Part shown: positions 59,457-64,000 of the stretch, piece by piece
Layout of the letters: each line of letters opens with the position of its first letter
How positions within the stretch are numbered: the stretch's first letter is position 1
From: Candidatus Magasanikiibacteriota bacterium
GTDB lineage: Bacteria > Patescibacteriota > Patescibacteriia > Magasanikbacterales > 2-02-FULL-50-9b
Assembly (NCBI GenBank): GCA_943355025.1
Contig: CALRDW010000001.1
Span: 60,015-124,014 of the forward strand
DNA: 64,000 nucleotides
Direction: 5' to 3'
Notes under the pieces: model-generated
Told to the model about the DNA's origin: nothing
What the model saw: the letters and a program-made list of their open reading frames with translations, nothing else
Databases searched by the model: none
Made by a program: the position numbers and the translations under genes

Positions 59457-59855
59457 ATGAAAATAGTAATTTGTGGCAGCATGAAATTTTCCTCAGTAAT
59501 GCTCGAGACACAAAAAAAACTAGAGACGCTCGGCCACGAAGTTACGATTCCGAAGGGTATGGAACGATTTCTTAATACCAGTCTTGAAATTGAGACCGCG
59601 GATATAAAAATCGAGAATGATTATATTCGACACTATCACGGCAAAATTGTAGAGGCCGATGCAATTCTTGTTTTGAATTTAACAAAGAATGGCGTTGAAA
59701 ATTATATTGGCGGCAATACTTTGATGGAATTGGGTTTCGCGCATGTAATGAATAAAAAAATATTTTTGTTCAACCCGATTCCTGAAATGAGTTACTCAGA
59801 TGAGATAATTGCGGTGCAACCAATTATAATTAATGGAGATTTAGAAAAAATATGA
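59457..59855 (+). CDS. Nucleoside 2-deoxyribosyltransferase-fold protein (DNPH1/Rcl-like dNMP N-glycosidase candidate)
   Basis: N-terminal KIVICGSMKF and C-terminal LMELGFAHVMNKKIFLF match the conserved pattern of DNPH1/Rcl-type hydrolases. Confidence 0.5.
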   Translation: MKIVICGSMKFSSVMLETQKKLETLGHEVTIPKGMERFLNTSLEIETADIKIENDYIRHYHGKIVEADAILVLNLTKNGVENYIGGNTLMELGFAHVMNKKIFLFNPIPEMSYSDEIIAVQPIIINGDLEKI

Positions 59856-60223
59856 CACCAAGCGAATATATTCAGAGCGCGATGCGCACAGAAAAAAAAG
59901 AGTACGGATTTGAGGCGCTGGGGAAAGTTACGCCACGCATTGAGCACGCAGTCATGGGTCTTGTGACAGAAGCGGGCGAGTGCATGGATGCGCTCAAGAA
60001 GTCGAAAATGTATGGTAAGGAACTCGACACCGTTAATTTAATTGAAGAGGCGGGTGACATCATGTGGTATCTCGCGCTACTTTCTGATGAGCTCGGAGTA
60101 TCATTTGAACAGCTCTGGGAAAAAAATATCGCAAAACTTCGTGTTCGGTTTCCCGAAAAATACACTGAAGAGCTTGTTTCGACTCGCAATCTGGGCGCCG
60201 AACGAGCGGTTCTCGAAGCCTAG
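59852..60223 (+). CDS. MazG-like nucleoside triphosphate pyrophosphohydrolase (single-domain, house-cleaning type)
   Basis: EAGECMD...EEAGDIMWYLALL metal-binding helices of the all-alpha NTP-PPase fold. Start overlaps the previous gene (ATGA). Confidence 0.7.
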   Translation: MTPSEYIQSAMRTEKKEYGFEALGKVTPRIEHAVMGLVTEAGECMDALKKSKMYGKELDTVNLIEEAGDIMWYLALLSDELGVSFEQLWEKNIAKLRVRFPEKYTEELVSTRNLGAERAVLEA

Positions 60224-60313
60224 TCTGCGATCTGGCTCTCCAGGATATACACAGCAACCCAGGTTGCCTCATTAATCCAATTCTGTTACCATTGACGCAC
60301 TTTTCTGTATTGT

Positions 60314-62320
60314 ATGAAATTACGCACAACAAAAATCGAGATTTCTCATAGCGCAGTGCGAAATGGCCTTATAGCCATTGTTGTTCTTGCTCTGCTTGCG
60401 ATTGGATATAGTTTTCCAGTTACGTATAATAAAACGTCGGATGCACTCCACAGCAAGGCCGGTTTTTCAATCGGGCACGTCAATTTTCAGCCATTTAGAT
60501 TGGGCCTTGATTTGCGTGGTGGTGCGTACCTTATGTACGACGTCAATGTTACGGGTGTAGATCCGTCCGAACAGGCAGCAGCGGTTGAGGGCGCACGTGA
60601 TGTAATTGAGCGCCGCGTAAATGCGTTCGGTGTTGGTGAGCCGCTTGTACAGACAACAAAATCCAGCGGTGTGTGGCGTGTTTTGGTTGAGCTTCCTGAT
60701 GTGCATGAAGTTCAAAAAGCGATTGACATGATTGGTGCAACGCCAATTTTAGAATTTCGCGACAAGAATGGTGGCACAGTTAAACTTGAAGACACGCAGC
60801 AACAGCAAATCGATGAAACAAATAAACAAGCAAAGATCGCGGCGTTAGCAACATCTGACAAAATTAAAAAAGGTGTAAAATTTGAAGACGAACTCGCAAA
60901 AAACAAGGGAGGCGACATCGCAGCAGTAACTACAGAGAGCAATCCGACAGTTTTTGCATGGGCAAAAGCACACAAAGAGGGTGACGTAACGCGAGATCCA
61001 ATTGAAGCAAAGGATGGTTATTATATTGTACAACGCGGCGCGACAAAGCTTGACCCTGAAATCTCGGCGCGACACATTTTAATTTGTTGGAATGGTGCGA
61101 CGCAGTGTTCGTCGACGCTTACAAAAGATGAAGCGCTTCAAAAAGTGAAGGATTTGCTTTTTAAGGCAACGCCACAAAATTTTGCTGACCTTGCGAAGGT
61201 AAACTCAACTGAGCCGGGCGCAGCAACGTCGGGTGGTGATCTTGGGTGGTTTGGGCATGGTTCAATGGTGAAGGCATTTGAAGATGCTGTGTTTGCACTC
61301 AAAAAAGGCGGAATTACTACGACGCCTGTTGAAACTGAGTTCGGATACCACATTATTTTTAAGACGGATGAGCGGATGAAGACTTCGTATGCACTCAAGG
61401 GAATGGTGTTTAAGAAAATTACGGCGGACGACTTGTTCGCGAATACGGGAGATTGGAAGCCAACAGGTCTTTCAGGGAAACAGCTCGAGCGAGCGACCGT
61501 AGAGTTTGATCCAAATACGGGTGAGCCAACTGTTAACCTCGCGTTTAATAACGAGGGCAAACAATTGTTTGCAGACATTACACGCCGTGATGTTAACCAA
61601 CAAGTTGCGATTTTTCTCGATGGTCAACCAATCAGTGAGCCGGTTGTTCGTCAGCCAATTCTTGATGGTCGGGCAGTTATCTCGGGAAATTTTACACTTA
61701 CAGATGCAAAAAAATTGGTTGAGCGTCTGAATGCTGGTGCATTGCCACTACCGATCAAACTCGTCAGCCAGCAAACGGTTGGTGCAACACTGGGTGCAAA
61801 ATCATTGCACGATAGCGCGACCGCTGGCCTTATCGGTTTTGTTCTTGTGCTTATCTTCTTGACGGCGTTTTATCGAGTTCCTGGGCTGCTCGCAAGTCTT
61901 GCACTCCTCATGTATGCGGCATTCGTGCTTTCCATCTTCAAGTTTATTCCTGTGACACTTACGCTCGCGGGCATCGCCGGTTTTATTCTTTCGATGGGTA
62001 TGGCTGTAGATGCGAATGTGCTTGTGTTTGAGCGTACGCGAGAAGAACTCGCAACAGGTAAGTCACTTTCCGCGGCGCTTGAAGAAGCGTTTCCTCGCGC
62101 GTGGAATTCTATTCGCGATTCCAATGCATCGAGTCTGATTACGTGTGCAATTTTGTTCTGGTTTGGTTCAAGCATTGTTCAGGGTTTCGCACTTACGCTT
62201 GCAATTGGTATTTTTGCCAGCTTGTTTACTGCGATTACGGTTACGCGTCTGATGCTGCGTTTTATTGCGCCACTTCTCAAGGATCGTCCCGAATTGTTTA
62301 TTCCTCCAAAGCGTTCATAA
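60314..62320 (+). CDS. secD: Protein-export membrane protein SecD carrying an embedded parvulin (PpiC-type) PPIase domain
   Basis: SecD N-terminal TM plus periplasmic domain and C-terminal six-TM region (DANVLVFER). Residues about 245-350 (ARHILI...GGDLGWFGHGSMVKAFEDAVFALKKG...GYHIIF) are a parvulin rotamase domain. Confidence 0.85.
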   Translation: MKLRTTKIEISHSAVRNGLIAIVVLALLAIGYSFPVTYNKTSDALHSKAGFSIGHVNFQPFRLGLDLRGGAYLMYDVNVTGVDPSEQAAAVEGARDVIERRVNAFGVGEPLVQTTKSSGVWRVLVELPDVHEVQKAIDMIGATPILEFRDKNGGTVKLEDTQQQQIDETNKQAKIAALATSDKIKKGVKFEDELAKNKGGDIAAVTTESNPTVFAWAKAHKEGDVTRDPIEAKDGYYIVQRGATKLDPEISARHILICWNGATQCSSTLTKDEALQKVKDLLFKATPQNFADLAKVNSTEPGAATSGGDLGWFGHGSMVKAFEDAVFALKKGGITTTPVETEFGYHIIFKTDERMKTSYALKGMVFKKITADDLFANTGDWKPTGLSGKQLERATVEFDPNTGEPTVNLAFNNEGKQLFADITRRDVNQQVAIFLDGQPISEPVVRQPILDGRAVISGNFTLTDAKKLVERLNAGALPLPIKLVSQQTVGATLGAKSLHDSATAGLIGFVLVLIFLTAFYRVPGLLASLALLMYAAFVLSIFKFIPVTLTLAGIAGFILSMGMAVDANVLVFERTREELATGKSLSAALEEAFPRAWNSIRDSNASSLITCAILFWFGSSIVQGFALTLAIGIFASLFTAITVTRLMLRFIAPLLKDRPELFIPPKRS

Positions 62321-62330
62321 CGCCACGAAT

Positions 62331-63233
62331 ATGTTTTCAGTAATCAAAACACACAAAATCTGGTTCACACTTTCGACAGTGCTCTTCGCGCTTTCGATTC
62401 TTGCGGTGAGTGTGTGGCACTTCAAACTCGGTATTGATTTCACAGGCGGTTCGCTCATGGAAATTACCACGACTGCCCCTGTTTCTGATTTGTCTGTCAT
62501 CGAAAATGCTGCGGAGCCAATTCTAAAAGAGAAGCCGCATATTCAACCTATCGGTTCAAACGGATACATTATTCGTACACCATTTATTTCTGAGGCAACG
62601 CATCAGGAGGTTCTCACAGCAGTTAAAAAAATTCCAAACATTGGTGAGATTAAAGAAAGTCGGTTTGAGACAATCGGGCCAACAGTAAGTGCAGAGCTTC
62701 AGCGCAAGGCAATCTGGTCAATTATTATGGTGCTTGGTGCGATTATCATCTATGTTGCGTGGGCATTTCGTGGCGTTTCGCGACCACTTTCAGCATGGGT
62801 GTACGGCGTTGTAGCAGTTATTGCACTTTTGCACGATGTGTTTATTCCTGCCGGCGTGTTTGCAGTTCTTGGTAAGTACTATGGCTATGAAGTCGACACG
62901 CTTTTCGTAACGGCTCTGCTTACCATTCTTGGTTTTTCAGTACATGACACAATCGTTACGTTTGATCGTGTGCGTGAACATCTCAAACGAACACCAAAAG
63001 CAAATTTTTCGGAACTTGTTGATCAATCGGTGCGCGAAACATTTCGTCGTTCGATCAATACTTCAATGACAGTACTTCTTGTTCTCGTGCCTGTGCATAT
63101 CTTTGGTGGTGAATCTATTAAAGAATTTACACTTGTTCTTATTCTTGGAATCATTGTTGGTACCTATTCGTCAATATTTATTGCATGCCCACTTTTAGTT
63201 GTGTGGAATTCGCTTGCAGAGAAGCGCCGCTAG
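62331..63233 (+). CDS. secF: Protein-export membrane protein SecF
   Basis: GIDFTGGS motif, periplasmic domain and six-TM core; follows secD. ATG at 62331 within ORF 62265..63233. Confidence 0.85.
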   Translation: MFSVIKTHKIWFTLSTVLFALSILAVSVWHFKLGIDFTGGSLMEITTTAPVSDLSVIENAAEPILKEKPHIQPIGSNGYIIRTPFISEATHQEVLTAVKKIPNIGEIKESRFETIGPTVSAELQRKAIWSIIMVLGAIIIYVAWAFRGVSRPLSAWVYGVVAVIALLHDVFIPAGVFAVLGKYYGYEVDTLFVTALLTILGFSVHDTIVTFDRVREHLKRTPKANFSELVDQSVRETFRRSINTSMTVLLVLVPVHIFGGESIKEFTLVLILGIIVGTYSSIFIACPLLVVWNSLAEKRR

Positions 63234-63257
63234 AGGGTATAATGCCCACGCGATTGT

Positions 63258-63683
63258 ATGAGTGCAACTGCGTTGGTCATCACAATTTATTATTTCGTTG
63301 CGGGCCTGGGATTACTGGGTGCATTTGCAACATGGTGGATCACGCGAAAAGGCGAGGATAACATTTGGCGTTGGATTTTTTCGCTTATTGGTAGCTTGGT
63401 TTTTGTAACGGTGTACTGGATTTCGTATCTGATTGGTTCCTACGAAGCGATTCCAGTAATTTTGTTTTTTCTCGCCGCTATTTACGCGTGGTTATATATT
63501 GTATTTTCTGCACGGTCATCGTCAACACTCGACCATTTTGTGTTTGCCTCATTTGGAACAATGGTGTTTGGTATGACTATGATTGGTGGATATACAGCTG
63601 GCGCACGTGGTTGGTGGGCGATGGCGCTGCCATTTTATGTAGTGGCAACGTATAGTTGTTACTCGCTTCTAGTACCAGACTGA
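63258..63683 (+). CDS. Hypothetical multi-TM membrane protein
   Basis: 141 aa, four hydrophobic helices. Confidence 0.4.
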   Translation: MSATALVITIYYFVAGLGLLGAFATWWITRKGEDNIWRWIFSLIGSLVFVTVYWISYLIGSYEAIPVILFFLAAIYAWLYIVFSARSSSTLDHFVFASFGTMVFGMTMIGGYTAGARGWWAMALPFYVVATYSCYSLLVPD

Positions 63684-63691
63684 TCTTTACT

Positions 63692-64000
63692 ATGGATGTA
63701 ACCGCTCTTGGTAATTATTTTAACGAGCAATTTATTGCAGCCTCAGTTTCAACATGGGACACGATTCGTGTTGCCATAATTCACGGCGGTTGGATGGGGC
63801 TATTTGTTTTTTTCATTGAAGTTTCGTTTGGACTTTTTTATGATCGCATGACTGGTTTGTTTGCTGGCGGTCTTAAATTTACATACCTCGCTGTTTCAAT
63901 TCCTAAGTTGAATGAACAAACGCCGCGCGCGGTTGAAAACTTTTTTAATCAACTCGCTGGCGCACATGTAACGCAAGATCTTGTTGAAAAATATTGGCTT
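63692..64000 (+). CDS. Hypothetical protein, 5' partial (runs off the window end)
   Basis: The ATG at 63692 opens a frame with no stop through 64000 (103 codons). Confidence 0.3.
   Translation, partial: MDVTALGNYFNEQFIAASVSTWDTIRVAIIHGGWMGLFVFFIEVSFGLFYDRMTGLFAGGLKFTYLAVSIPKLNEQTPRAVENFFNQLAGAHVTQDLVEKYWL

Overview
Both strands of this 64 kb window were read by eye. It is a gene-dense bacterial chromosome segment of about 50% GC with short intergenic spacers, dominated by housekeeping operons. It may come from a small-genome lineage such as Patescibacteria/CPR, but that is a weak inference. No CRISPR array, integrase, transposase, rRNA or obvious prophage was found.

Recognisable content, in order:
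- ftsEX followed by tRNA-Gln.
- An oxidative-stress cluster (bcp, Fe/Mn sod, ahpC-type peroxiredoxin) with a thermonuclease and a DEDD exonuclease.
- murF, a ribbon-helix-helix gene, and tRNA-Glu.
- typA.
- A cell-surface glycosylation locus: priming sugar transferase, S8 protease, epimerase, GT2, two GT4 and DsbA.
- Agmatine deiminase.
- iscR-iscS-nifU.
- rsmI, metG, cvpA, tatD.
- The F1Fo ATP synthase operon (atpZ/I-B-E-F-H-A-G and D-C).
- A UvrD-type helicase fused to a Cas4-like nuclease.
- proS.
- mreBCD-pbp2, tRNA-Pro, ftsI, murC, murB.
- An RDD protein, hpf, secA.
- A Nudix / DNPH1-like / MazG trio.
- secD-secF.

No single clearly novel system stands out; the candidates worth follow-up are:
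1. SecD carries an embedded parvulin (PpiC) PPIase domain.
2. The atp operon is split by a GC-rich opposite-strand secreted-protein gene, with a separate promoter for atpDC.
3. A higher-GC block next to tRNA-Glu holds a transglutaminase-like protease and a two-gene membrane operon.
4. An AT-rich hypothetical gene with a leaderless-type promoter and an upstream hairpin sits just 5' of the helicase-nuclease.
5. Tandem paralogous membrane proteins follow the isc operon.
6. A three-gene dNTP/dNMP sanitising cluster lies between secA and secD.
7. A 358 nt GC-rich, hairpin-rich non-coding stretch may be a structured RNA.
8. Several perfect palindromes look like operators.

Function calls rest on motifs read from the supplied translations. 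No database search was possible.
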